From positions 1 through 64,000 of the forward strand of contig BROI01000035.1 in NCBI GenBank assembly GCA_027923505.1: a DNA stretch of 64,000 nt, given 5' to 3'. This DNA is from Mayamaea pseudoterrestris. Its lineage: Eukaryota. The position numbers and the translations under genes are program-made. A model generated the notes under the pieces. It saw nothing but the letters and a program-made list of their open reading frames with translations, was not told where the DNA came from and ran no database searches. Of the stretch, positions 9,234-23,833 are shown in pieces (positions within the stretch are counted from its first letter, which is position 1; each line of letters begins with the position of its first letter).

Positions 9234-12200
9234 ATGAAAGAGTTTACTCTGCAGCAGCAATGTCCACCGGCTGATGTGGCGCTGAAACGAGCTGAAGCCT
9301 CTCTGCAAGAATTTGACGAACGCTCGTCCTCCCTGTCACAACCATGTTCTTTGGACCACGCGTCGTGTCGCTGCCCCCATTTACTTGAATATCTGCCACA
9401 CGAGTTGGATTTAAGCTTTGCCAAATCGGAAACAAGGGGTTGGATTCTTCAGAATCCTGTTCACGCCATGCATTTAGCGTCGCAGCTGGATCCCACATGG
9501 CTTCAGTCTCTTGAGGAATCTCCGTTGCTTTATGGCGACGAGCAGGAACGGTTACTGGCCAGTACGACGGAAGGCATTCCGAAAACGTGGCATCCGTCGA
9601 TTATGAATCGACAGGCGCTGCAGCGAGGCGCCACGTTTGACAATGGGATGTTCACGGAGCTCGCCAACCGTCCTGCCCCTGATGCAACCATGGATACGCC
9701 AATACTGACCAAAACGCCTGCCCAAGAGCCGACTGCGACGCCTGATGACGCAGCAACGTCATCTGTTGTGATAGAAAAACAACCTGAACAGACCTTGAGC
9801 TCTTCTGACGAACGTTTCAAGGCCATCCTTGCCAACGAAGAACACATCCGTGGCATTCAGAGTACGCTCTTGGCCAGCCGAGCGCTCAAGAATCCCCATG
9901 GAACGCGCAACGGACATTGCAAAAAGGGAGGAGAATCGGTGGGCGCGAGAGAAACAGACTTGTCTACTTTGCCTGACACAATAAATCCAGTCAAACCGTC
10001 AAATTCGCTGGGCGAGTTTGCTGCTAATGATCAGCAAGCGACTCAGTTCATAGACGACAATTTGCTAAACCAGTTGTGGACTCCACCAGGTCGTCTATTT
10101 ACTCAAAATGACGAGCGGGCCTGGAATACCAAGCTACTGCAAGCTCAGACGAAAGTGGCTGTTTGGCTCGAGCATTACAAGGGGGCGCGCCAAGGTTACT
10201 ATCGCAATGTATGCGTTCAGGAACAGAACCGCGCCGCCGCGCAAAATAAAAGTTTTTTTCACCTTGACATTGACGCAGGTGATAATGCGAAGCAGTCAAA
10301 CTGCCATCAATGTCAAAGATACTGTGGCGACGACTTGATGCATTGTTTGGATTGCGCCTTTGTCGGGTGCTACGTGTCAGTAGACGATAAAGTGGTGTCG
10401 GAGCATATGATGGAACACATGGTCGTGGAGAATCACAACTTTGGTAGGCGTTTGTATCTTTGTGCCTCATAATCATAATAGGGAAGTACAACGTTAAAAT
10501 CCTGCTGACACCACACTATCGATTCTTTGCCTGCAGCGGTCACTGGTGGTTCTTGCGCCAAGATCTTCTGCTTCAAATGCGGCGACTTTGTCACTCATCC
10601 TGTCTTTACACAAGAAAGAGAAAGGATTGACTTAATTAACAACTTTCCTTGGATGGGTTGGAAAGACCACCATCTTCAACGGTCGTTCGATGCCTTGAGA
10701 TTTATGCATGTTTCCGAGCATAGAATTGTATGGAGAGGCATGGCCGCCACTTATCCTCAACTTGTTCCTCTGGAACACATTGAATCGGCACGTCTTTGTC
10801 GATGGCGGCAATGTTTGTTCCATGGTGTAGCAGTGGGGACATTTGGTGCTGCTAATAATAAAGTATTGGCGTTTGCGCGCCATCAGAGGGACAAGGGTTA
10901 GTACAAAATACATGACATGGACGATAGTGAAGGCATCGGGCAATTCTGACATTCTTTCTCCTCACAATAGATTTATTGCACCGGTGCAAGCTCCCTGCGC
11001 CAGTGGGCATGTGGAATTTGGGGAACTCTTGCTACATGACAGCTATTTTGCAGTGCCTGTTGCACTCGAGTCCACTGCAGAGATATTTCCTCGAAGATGT
11101 TGGCCACCATCACCTTTCCTGCATAATGTATCGAAAATTGTTGGAAAAGAAAGCTATAAAGAGCTCATGTCTTGCTTGCGAATTGGATAAATTATTCCTC
11201 GCTTATTTTGAAAATTCAAACGGCGTCGAAGCCCGCTCCTTACTACAGGCAGAGCAACTACAACCGCATGAGGTGACACCACTGGTCTCTGGCTTTCAAG
11301 CGAAGGATTTTGAAAGAGTCAAAGGCGAACCACTTATAACTTCGGATTTGCTCACTGTGGCATGGAAATGTATGACCCACATCGCCGGGTACGAACAACG
11401 CGACGCGCATGAGTTTCTTCACAGCTTCCTCGAATGTCTTGGCAAACACATGCGACTTTATAGGGTCCGCGTTCACAACACTATCAATATGCCTCAGCCT
11501 AATAATGCATCCGTTTCGCCGTTTGTCGCCGCTAACCAAGGTGAGATCTTTGTTTGCCGGTGTTTGACCGTACCAGCTTCAATTTTGATGCCGACTAACA
11601 GTTTTACGCACATCATTCCATGTCTAACAGATTACATGAAAAATCTGTTCGAAGGAAATCTCCGCGCTGTACTTGTTTGTCAAAAATGCGGCAATAAACG
11701 AATTCAGACGGAACCTTTTATGAGCCTATCTCTGCCTTTATCCAAAGAGATCCACAAGGGCTCCTACGGGGAGTTGAATGCGAGCGGCAGCCACGGCATA
11801 TCAGTCGAACAGTGTTTAAAGCACTTTACATTGCCGGAATCTCTTGCTGATCCTGTTGACTGTCCTTCCTGTGGTGCCCAAACGCCTACAACCCGGCAGC
11901 ATGTAGTATCCAGGCTACCAAAAATTCTCGTTTTGCACTTGAAGCGTTTCGACTTTGCCGAAAATCGAAAGATTGAAGAATATGTTTCTTTTCCAGCTCA
12001 CGGACTTAACATGGGACCATACCTTCCACACTGGTGTGAGATTCCCCGCGTTCCTGAGCTGGAAAGTGACGATCATTTTTCAATTGCCGATGCTGGATTG
12101 GAACCTCGCATTATCTACAACTTACAGAGTACGGTCAACCACTTTGGAAATCTTCAAAGCGGGCACTACTATGCAAACGTCAAGGTGAATGAGACGTGGT

Positions 12201-12301
12201 ACCATTGCAACGATGCGCATGTTTCCCTTGCATCAGAATCTGAAGTTGTCGCCCAACCCGCTTACATGCTATTTTATGCGCTTGACATGTTAAAAATTTA
12301 A
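9234..12301 (+). CDS. Ubiquitin C-terminal hydrolase USP22/UBP8-like (ZnF-UBP + USP); introns 10444-10536, 10897-10970, 11541-11630
   Basis: ZnF-UBP (CHQC...CLDCAFVGC...H...H...IFCFKCGD), Cys box GMWNLGNSCYM, QRDAHEF, LHLKRF, His box HFGNLQSGHY, NDAHV. Three GT-AG introns join the ORFs in frame. Start uncertain. Confidence 0.85.
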
Positions 12302-12506
12302 ACTTATGGTTACTTTATGTACATATTGTTGTAAAACTTTTGCAATACTTCATCAAAAGGCTGTTGCCTCTCCTGCAGATGCTAAATTGGAGAAATGCCA
12401 CGGATAGCCTCTCGATACCAATGCGACGTTCATTGGCTTGCAAAAGGTGATCATTTTTTTGGCCACCGGCTTTACATGCATCAAACCTACATTTGGATTC
12501 GACACC

Positions 12507-15274
<2,768 letters not shown>

Positions 15275-15321
15275 TTTTAACACACTGCTTACAGTCAGGC
15301 AATATATTTACTGCTAGTAAG

Positions 15322-16014
15322 CTAAAGACCAAACCGGTCAAGAAGCAACATTTTCTTGCGTTCCAGCATGGCCTCGTCAATTACTTCTATGGAAGGCACG
15401 GCAAGATAGTCCTCGTCGTCGTCGTCGTCATTATCTGACTGCACACCTGTTCGTTTAACTCCCCTTTTCCGATCAGCTATGGCTTCAAGTTCTAGCAATA
15501 CTCCATCCTCTTCGTCGCCCCCTCCAAAGTAATCGGGCGTCAAATTTTTGTGCAAATCCATTGGTTTCTGTAGATTCCGCTTGGCTTCTTCCTTGGCAAG
15601 GAGCTCCTTGACACCAGGAAGGTCCTTGGCCGCTCCAAAATAACGATAACCTCCAAGCTGCAAATCTCCTTCTTCTACTTGTCGCTTCCGTTCAATCGTA
15701 TTGTAATCCAAACCTCCAAGTTCCTTGATGCGTCGATTCCAGTGCCATTTTTCTCTTATCAAATGATTGATTTCATCGTTTAACTCTCGAATCGCATGCT
15801 CCCCCAAGCCTGGATTTTGGATCTTGCTGACTCCGTCCGCGATTTCTCGAACTATTTGATTGCGAAAGCGCTCAGCGTCAACTAAATGTTCGCAGTCTGA
15901 CGCCAAGTGTGGCCGCTTGCGGTTCGTCGACGACGAAAAAGACTTGGAGCCTTGCTCGCGGAGTTTCACCCATTTGTTCATCATGGCGCGAGCCTTTTCT
16001 GCGGGACGAGCCAT
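15322..16014 (-). CDS. ISY1: Pre-mRNA splicing factor ISY1
   Basis: MARPAEKARAMMNKW, IRELNDEINHLIREKWHW...ELGG, GYRYFGAAKDLPGVKEL. Confidence 0.92.
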   Translation of the reverse strand: MARPAEKARAMMNKWVKLREQGSKSFSSSTNRKRPHLASDCEHLVDAERFRNQIVREIADGVSKIQNPGLGEHAIRELNDEINHLIREKWHWNRRIKELGGLDYNTIERKRQVEEGDLQLGGYRYFGAAKDLPGVKELLAKEEAKRNLQKPMDLHKNLTPDYFGGGDEEDGVLLELEAIADRKRGVKRTGVQSDNDDDDDEDYLAVPSIEVIDEAMLERKKMLLLDRFGL

Positions 16015-16273
16015 GATTAATATTGCTATATTGAGGGTAGTGGGCTCGATGGATCAATGGGAGATGAAAGTCAACATGCGAGGAAGGACAAGCGAATGTC
16101 GACCAAGGAATTATTATTACTGCGGCGAACGAAAGGCTCCTTGTCTCAGCGCGACTGCCATGCATAGCTATGTGCTCGCTGCGGCGAATAGCAGAAGGTA
16201 GGTTTGATGCGCGGCGGCATTTTTTTGTAGAAATAAATTGTCACAAACAGTTAAGCCTTAACCAAAACTCCTA

Positions 16274-19200
16274 CTACGCAATGAGCTTTCCTATTCGATC
16301 GTCAGCGAAATCATCCAGCATGTTCTTGTTGTGCACTGAAGCAAAAGCGTCCGATCCGTCCTTTCCTGCTAGTTCAAGAATCGAAAGTGGTCCAGCAGGA
16401 TGCTCTTTATAGTTCGTAAGGTGTGGAATATTGTCGTCAGAAAGATGCAAGCAAATGTACAAGCGATAACAACGACTCCTATTGTCTTCTTACCTTCCGC
16501 AAATTCCGTCAAATCATAAACGTCACCATGTATTGCGACCCAGCAGTCGTCTGGAGTACAATGCTGTTCGAGCTCTGACAGAGGCACATTCCGAGTTGCT
16601 TGTTTGGAAGCTGTCCTATCGGGCTGGATGAATGATGTAGGTAAAATCGTCGACGACCTTACAGGTAGCTTCGTCCCGACGATTGTTCCAAATACTGTGC
16701 ATTCCAGCAACGAATTCCCTCCAAGACGATTGACGCCATGAACGCCACCGGTGACTTCGCCAACGGCATGTAGCCCTGGTATTGAATCGCCGTTTCCCTT
16801 GAGTACGTTGCCATCTCTGTCAATTGTTATTCCTCCCATACAATAGTGAAGGACGGGCGTCACTCGACCGACATAAAATGTCTCCTTGTCAAGATCATCA
16901 GACGGTGCTCCTCGAAAAGAAACTTTCCCGAAAGAATCGTTGCCTTGTTTTGCATCAGCCTGGTATGCTTTCAGCGTGCTGAGTATGGTGCTTTTTGATA
17001 GCCCAGTGTGGTTAGCTAGTTCGCCAACCCCGGTAACTCGTGTCAACAAGCCTTTATGAGTATATAAATCAACATGCTTTTTGCCGTCCAGTGCGGCCGA
17101 AGATGACAATACAAGGAAAAATGTGGGAACCGTGGCTTCGGGATCCCACTTGCCACTTTGGGCAAAGTTTGCATTGTGCGCGAGCATCTGTTTAGTTATA
17201 TACGACCGAGTTCCGAGTTCATTGCAAAAACGACTTCCGTACTCGTTTAAAAGTATCCCACCAACACCTCGCATAAGTTCGGCGGCGAGAACTTTTGTCG
17301 TTGCATTAGGATTGGCCGGATCCACCCATCCAGTCGGGTGTACTTGAATTTTATCCATATCGACTACAGCCGCACCCAAGCTGGCGGCAAGGGATATACC
17401 ATCGCCGGTGGAAAAGTCGCCCGCCGTCGTCGGCATTCGCAGCAGTTCTGGACGGTATTTCTCGAGAAAAGAACCGGCCGAGCGATCCGCCGCGAAACCG
17501 CCTGTTGCCAGCACAACGTTAGCTGCGCGTAGCTCTCGAGCCATCTCGTTCGACCGCATAGAAGCAACCTTAACGCCAGACACTCTCCCGTTGTCGTTCA
17601 CCACAATCCCCGTCACCTTGGTGTCAAGCAGGATATTCAAATTTCCTGACTTTTCATACTCTTTAATTGCCTTTTGTAAGCCGTATATTATCTCCGCTCC
17701 GGCCATGCCATTCGATGGTCGATGCGTTCGTTTGGCGGAATGACCTCCTAATTGCGCAACGAGCGACAAATCAACACCGACCCGTTCCTTGAGCCACGTG
17801 ACAGCCGTTTCACTGTTGTTTATGAGCACCTCAATCAGATCGGGGTGAGCTGATGATCCAGCAGACTTTAAAGTATCATTCCAGAAAGCCTCACGTGTAT
17901 CAACTGCTGTGTCAGTATCGTTGTTAGGACAGCAGGCGTTAATGCCAGAACTGGCTTTGTTCGAGTTGCCGCCCAACAGATGCTCCTTTTCAATCACAAC
18001 GACCCGACCGCCACGATCCAATACGTTCAAAGCAACTGTCAATCCGGCCAGTCCGCTTCCTATGACGATAACATCAGGCTCATCATCCTTGCTACTGCCA
18101 TTGACATCGTTGAGAATGTCTGTTTGTACAAGCATGTGAATGAACTTATCAGGGTCCTGTCCATAGTGCTTGCATAAAATCATCAAAGCCGTGTTGCGCT
18201 GCAAGGCATGCTGCACCAATTGTGTTTCTTGATCAAGCACTAATAGTCCTTGCCTTCCTAATTCCGCTACTAACCCGACGACCTGGTCGACTGCCTCCAA
18301 CTCTGACATCGCTGACGAGGACAAGATTGTATTGGTAGCATTCAATGCTCGTCCAGGAGCGGCACCCGACCGGAGAGTCGGACCCACGGTCACATCGGCA
18401 CCGCTATCATTCTTTACGTACAATCTCGTCAAAGTCCTTACGTCTCGAATAGCCTCGCTGACTTTGGCAATCGTATTGATCAATGCCACGATTTCGTTGC
18501 GAGTCAACCATTCGGTCACCTCGCCAGTCAATGATGTTGACGTAGATCGCATCAACTCTTTGCTAAAAAGTAACTTAAGCGCCGTACCATACCCCATCAT
18601 ATGTAGCTTGCCATGAAGTTTGCATTGCTGACATTGAACGCAGTCGAGGATGGACGAAATGTTGTGGAAAACGCCTTTAAAGGTTCGTTGCAGCTCGGGT
18701 GCGTCCGTCTTGTCTTGAAACATGATGCTTTCGTCGAAAGCTGCAAACACGGAATTGCAAGATTCCAAAATGGAAGAATCAAGCAGTCGATGCAGTAGAA
18801 CAGTTGCCGTTTCATCTTGAACAATATTACCAGTTCGAATTAAATCTGGCTGCCTCAACAGAGGCGCCGCCTTATGCAAGGCTCGAAGCAAAACAACATA
18901 CGTAAAGTGCAAGTTGCGGATATAGTCTGGCGAGTCCTTGAAATTCTGCATAAAAAACTCTGGATTTGCTTCCCAATCAGTACGCTGCTTACGCTTGGAA
19001 GGGGGATAGTAGTGCATGGCAATGGAAATGGTAGTGGCCGAATGCATGGCGCTGAGTAGCTTGTACAGGACTCGCTGCTCGATGCAGGTGGATGAATCAA
19101 CGCTTTCGCGAGAGCCAGATCCATTCATTATGGCTAAGCTGTCCGCCATGCAATTTTCTTCGTAAATAGCCCTCCAAATGTGCGTTCCATTATAACCAGT

Positions 19201-19935
19201 GTTGCGCTCGGGGTTAAGCGTGAGGTCGATTGTGGTGGGTGAATCGTCCTCGTGCTGGTGACACATATCTAGCCAAAAGTCGTCTGGAAGACCTTCACAA
19301 GACGAGTCGTCAGTAGGATCATCAAAAGTAGATTGTGGAACATGCTTGGTGAGGAGTGGTACCGTATGATGTGGCGTGTCAACCTTCTTCTTGACAACTG
19401 TGTCGCTATGCTTCTGCCAGGAGAATGTATCCTTCTGCTGCTGACTGTCGAAGCCGGCCCTTGAAAGCGAGTAAAGAGCATTTGACTCAAGAGATTGCTG
19501 CGACGTGAAAGTTCCTCCTCCTCCGCCAAATGGATTGCTATCATCAGGGGTCACGGTACATAATGGCTCGGCGTCGATGTCGAGCTCCTCAGCACCTCCG
19601 GAGCATTCAAATTCGTCGTCCGCTTCATCGGCGTCATCACCGTGTTTCGTCTCAGGAGCCCAGCTCGCCAGCGGACATTTGCGATTCAAATCAACTTGAA
19701 ATGTTTTGAAATAGTTCGTCTTGGTAATATCGCGCAAGATGGAGTAGAGCTGTGAGTCGTTGGCTTCCTCCAAATCTTCCACGTTGCACTGCGCATCTTC
19801 AATCGGTCCCAAACTCAGAAAAAACGGTGATGGTGATGCGTAAATGGACTCGAATCGACTGCAACAAAGGCAAAGAAGAGTCCCCAAACGTCTGAAGCGG
19901 CGTCGAGAGCGAGGAGATTGGTATGTTTTGCTCAT
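16274..19935 (-). CDS. Fusion protein: Ero1 ER oxidoreductin + FAD fumarate reductase (Osm1/Fcc3 type) + cytochrome b5; intron 16405-16493
   Basis: Ero1 motifs: YFKTFQVDL..KCP, DLTLNPERNTGY, IWRAIYEENC, SAMHSA, NISSILDCVQCQQCKLHGKL. Reductase motifs: VIGSGLAGL, GGNSNKASSGIN, QVHPT, HYCMGG, NRLGGNSLLEC. Cyt b5 motifs: DCWVAIHGDVYDLTEFAE|EHPAG...AGKDGSDAFASVH. Start is 19935 or 20019. Confidence 0.9.
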
Positions 19936-20242
19936 TATTTTATCTTTCGATTGTGTGATGTATGTTCGCCCATGGTCGTTTTTTCGAACGCCAAAGAACA
20001 CGTGGAATGTGTCCGGCATGTCGCTCCGTTTCCGTTTTAGCTATTGGTACACTACTCGAAATACCATATTGTGCCGCTCTACAATCATCGATACACTACT
20101 ATCAAAGTATTAGCACATGAGGGCATATGTTTCAAAGGTTTTGATTGTTTATATTCCTCGCTAGTTAGCGTAATTATAGAGGCTGTTATTTATGTTGATT
20201 TGCGAAAGGTCAAGTTGCTCAACGAGCGAAAACTCACTTCAT

Positions 20243-20989
20243 TTACGATGAAGCAAAGTGCTCAAAGATTCCCTTACCGTCTGTCAACTCTTGCGCCATG
20301 AAGCCAGCGGCGGCGAGCATGCCCAAGCGTCCATTCTGGAGCTCCTTGGTCTGCATGATCTTCAAGGATTCAGGGTCCTTTGGCTTCAATCCGAGTGGGT
20401 CGAAGCCAAGATCACCAGGCACGTACTCGGCGCGGAGCAAGCCTGGCTTGTCAACTGGGCACTCCTTGGGAGGCACCCATCCAACACGGGCGCGGTCAGT
20501 CTCGAGGCGCGCAATGGCAGCAGCAAGGACGGCCCAGAATGGAACAGGCACCTGGGGGAGGTGGTTGATGGCGGGTCCGTGAATGGACGCATCAAAGAGG
20601 AAACTGGAGCCTTCGACCTTTTCGCCGACAAGGAATCCAACAGCTGCAAGCATGCCGACGCGTCCGTGCGTGATTTCGGCCTCGCGGTATCGCTTGAGGG
20701 TGTTCTCGTCAGCCTTGCCAGCAAGGTTGAGCGGGTCGAAAACATTAGGGAAGGGAGCAAGGGCTCCAGGAATCGTATCAACAGTGAAAGGAGTCGACCT
20801 GATGGTATGAATATGTGTGAGGGACGAAGATTTTGTGTTAGTGTTTGGGCGTTGTGTGGAGCCGCAGACACGCAGACACAGCAACAAGCACACTTACAAT
20901 TTCTCGGCACCCTTCGACTTTCCAAACGAGAAGGGTGTGTTGAAGGCAGACGCCGAGGCGAGGAGGGCAAGGGAGCAAGCAATCTTCAT
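20243..20989 (-). CDS. LHCX: Lhcx (LI818/LHCSR-like) photoprotective fucoxanthin-chlorophyll protein; intron 20799-20897
   Basis: Presequence MKIACSLALLASASA-F; LKRYREAEITHGRVGMLA, EGSSFLFDASI.GPAI.HL.QVP, PGDLGFDPLGLKP, KELQNGRLGMLAAAG. Confidence 0.92.
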
Positions 20990-21251
20990 TGTAAATTGGG
21001 TGGTGGTCAACTTGTTATTCAGAATTGAAATTGTGAGCACATGATATGTTTGTTCGACGGGCAAACCGTGCGTGAGCTGTCGACCAGTCAGCACACTGTT
21101 GGATGACGAGCCTCCGTAGAGTCAGTCGCTGCTGCATTATTTTTGTACAAATTCCAGGCAGCACCATTCGATTCTTGTCCGAGTGAGTCGATGGAGGCAC
21201 GCACTTGGTCGCGCCATGTCGATGAGTTGCCAACGAAGAGAGGGCGATGAA

Positions 21252-21292
21252 TGAGTCAGTTCGTGAGTCAGACTGAGTATTGCATGACGTCA
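21252..21292. promoter_or_regulatory. Cluster of bZIP-type sites (2x TGAGTCA, 1x TGACGTCA) in the Lhcx/HdeD divergent promoter
   Basis: TGAGTCA at 21252 and 21264; palindromic TGACGTCA at 21285-21292. Function is inferred. Confidence 0.45.
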
Positions 21293-21443
21293 GCAAATGT
21301 TCCGTGAATCTTGCGAAGCCATGGATGGGATGGACGATGAACGAACTTCGATTTACTGGTTGACACATCCCTTTGCTGCCGCCCATCAAGACAAAACAGA
21401 AGCCACTGCGCATCACTGGCGTTACAGAATATCCACAATTACC

Positions 21444-22112
21444 ATGGCTTTTCCCGTCAACCCTTCGACGCCCCTCATTGCAAACGATGCCGAGTTCGCT
21501 TTTGCGGCGCAGTTTATTGAAACGCAGGAAGAGATTGCCTCGCACTGGAAAGTAATTCTCTTTACGGGCATTGTGAATATTGCGACTGGCATTGCATGTC
21601 TCTGTGCTCCTGTAATTGCAACGCAAGTGGTCGAAATCTTTTTGGTTTCGCTGATCTTTGTGTCGGGAATCTTCAACGTCGTCGGTGCACTGTTTTTTAG
21701 CGAACGCCGACATGGCCACCAGTTCTTTTGGATGGGACTTTTGCAAATTCTTATTGCGGTGGTCATGTATATGCATCCTTTTGGTACTTTGGCATTCTTG
21801 ACATTTTTCATCAGCTTTGTGTTCATGATGTTTGGGTCGTTCCAAATGGCCATCGCAATGCAGAATGCTCGCATGGGCGCACGAGGTGTCATGTTCTTGT
21901 CGGGGGCCTTGACAGTCATTTTATCGGTCATCATTCTAATGAGCATGCCCATGTCCGCGTGGATCACCATTGGGGTACTAGTTGGAGCCAACCTAGTGAA
22001 CATTGGTCTAGCGCGCATCGGTGTAGCTTGCTACGGGCGAAGCATGTCGGGACAGGCGACGTTGATGACGGACGAAAGCTGGAGACGTTATGTCGATTAC
22101 GGATTCATTTGA
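21444..22112 (+). CDS. HdeD/DUF308-like six-TM membrane protein
   Basis: HWKVILFTGIVNIATGIACLCAP..., LFFSG/G.F pattern, WITIGVLVGANLVNIG; the repeated helical-hairpin layout of the HdeD family. Intronless. Confidence 0.7.
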   Translation: MAFPVNPSTPLIANDAEFAFAAQFIETQEEIASHWKVILFTGIVNIATGIACLCAPVIATQVVEIFLVSLIFVSGIFNVVGALFFSERRHGHQFFWMGLLQILIAVVMYMHPFGTLAFLTFFISFVFMMFGSFQMAIAMQNARMGARGVMFLSGALTVILSVIILMSMPMSAWITIGVLVGANLVNIGLARIGVACYGRSMSGQATLMTDESWRRYVDYGFI

Positions 22113-22810
22113 GTTTCAACTGCACTGCGGACAGAATGTTTTTAAATGCTGCAACTTAATGCTCCGTCGGAGCTTCCGGTGTGGATAAATTCGTTTACAT
22201 TTACAACACCGCCATTCCCTCGGCTGCATACACTCTATTATACTCTATGGAAAGATAGCAGCAACTTTTGGACAGAAAGTATTACATATTTTGTGTTGGC
22301 ATCTACAATAAGGGTTGAACCGCGTTTCAATGCAACAAGAACAGGTGGACCATACAGCTTTCGTTGCTTGCTCGTTTGTTTGAACTACGTCTCGCCAAGG
22401 CCAAGAATCTTGACTACCACCATCAACCACGAGCAATAGACTCTCGGGGTCATTCGTCGATCCAAATGCAGCTTTGCATAAGACGATGTCGTGCAGTCGT
22501 AATGCCACTTCGCGCAATTTTTACCGACCAAAATCTACATGCAGATTCTTCTACCGTATTCCATGTATAGTTTTCTATATTTGTATGAAAACTCATTTTT
22601 AGCTAAAACTAGTCATGAGGGCTTATACGCTTAATGAAAACTCAAGGGCATTAATATCTCTCGGAGAGCATACTGGTAGAGCCATCTCGTCATCCAACTT
22701 CATCCTTTCGACCTTGACGCAAAGTTGTTGCATTTCATTGCAACGACGTACAAATTTGCGAAAGAGTACTTTTTACAATCGATAATTAATTGAATTCAGT
22801 AGATACAAAT

Positions 22811-23791
22811 ATGGAAGAAACTTTAAACGAAAAGCATCATGCTGCGCTGCTGCAGCCTCCTGTCGAATCAACCATTGGATCACGAGTCTACCCCGCTTCG
22901 TCGTCTGCTTGCGTTCTGATAGTCGCTAGACACGGCGAGCGGCTCGACGCTGTGACAAAGGAAAATGGTGGAAATTGGTTGGTTGGCCAGGAGCGACCCT
23001 TTGACACGCCACTCACGGAACATGGGCTTGTACAGGCAAGAAAGCTCGGCGAGGAACTGGCGGACAAGATCGAATTGTTAAAATTGCCTCCGATATCCGC
23101 AGTGTACTCATCACCTTTTCTTCGGTGTCGTCAAACTGCTACCGCTGCGAGAAGAGCCATTATCGACGCTATGGATTCAAGAGCCATCAAAGGCGCAGAC
23201 GCCGCAGCAGCACTTCCGTTGATTCGAGTAGAGAGTGGACTTTCGGAGAGTATTAATGAGAGCTGGTACCAGTCATGGTCACTCCCTGGATCTGACGGAT
23301 CATGGGGTTTTGGTAGTGGACGCGGTAGTAGCCAGGAGATTGACCCGGCAAGCTTACATTCCTTGGCTAAGCGCCCAGTGCAGCAATTGCTTGTTGTTAA
23401 CAGACAGCAAGACATTGATGACACGGACATTGACCTAGACTATAATTCAAAAACTTCCATTGATGTTCCATTTTGCTTCCATCCGAGGTTGTTGGAGTCG
23501 AAGCAAGACCAGCGCGATCGAATGCGAGAAACAGTCGCGACGCTAATTGAACCGAGTCGAACCATTTTATTCGTATCTCATGGCGGCCCTGTGACGCACT
23601 TGTATGAAGACTTGACTGGTAACAATTGGCAAGTGCATGGCGGGAGTTCCTACTGCTGCTATACCATCTACCGTCAAGTGCCACACACGACGGCATCCGA
23701 TGGGGACGATAATGCTAATCGTTGGGAGGCACTCGTCGTCAACGAATCCAGGTTTTTACATGAATCACTTGCAAAGGAAGAACATGTATAG
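22811..23791 (+). CDS. Histidine phosphatase / phosphoglycerate mutase family protein
   Basis: ARHGERLD, DTPLT..G..QA, YSSPFLRCRQTA, ESGLSE, VSHGG. Confidence 0.85.
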   Translation: MEETLNEKHHAALLQPPVESTIGSRVYPASSSACVLIVARHGERLDAVTKENGGNWLVGQERPFDTPLTEHGLVQARKLGEELADKIELLKLPPISAVYSSPFLRCRQTATAARRAIIDAMDSRAIKGADAAAALPLIRVESGLSESINESWYQSWSLPGSDGSWGFGSGRGSSQEIDPASLHSLAKRPVQQLLVVNRQQDIDDTDIDLDYNSKTSIDVPFCFHPRLLESKQDQRDRMRETVATLIEPSRTILFVSHGGPVTHLYEDLTGNNWQVHGGSSYCCYTIYRQVPHTTASDGDDNANRWEALVVNESRFLHESLAKEEHV

Positions 23792-23833
23792 GTTCAAATA
23801 AAGGTTTTAAATTATAAAGGTCTCCTGACCTCA

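Noticed and set aside
20258..21028. 256-aa plus-strand ORF and other long antisense ORFs (e.g. 21015-21845, 37238-37900, 63104-63661)
   Set aside because: Shadow frames of well-supported genes on the opposite strand; no independent motifs.
22560..22680. AT-rich stretch with repeated ATGAAAACTCA and GGGGCTTA (possible ncRNA such as RNase MRP)
   Set aside because: The complementary conserved region needed for the P4 helix was not found; evidence is insufficient.
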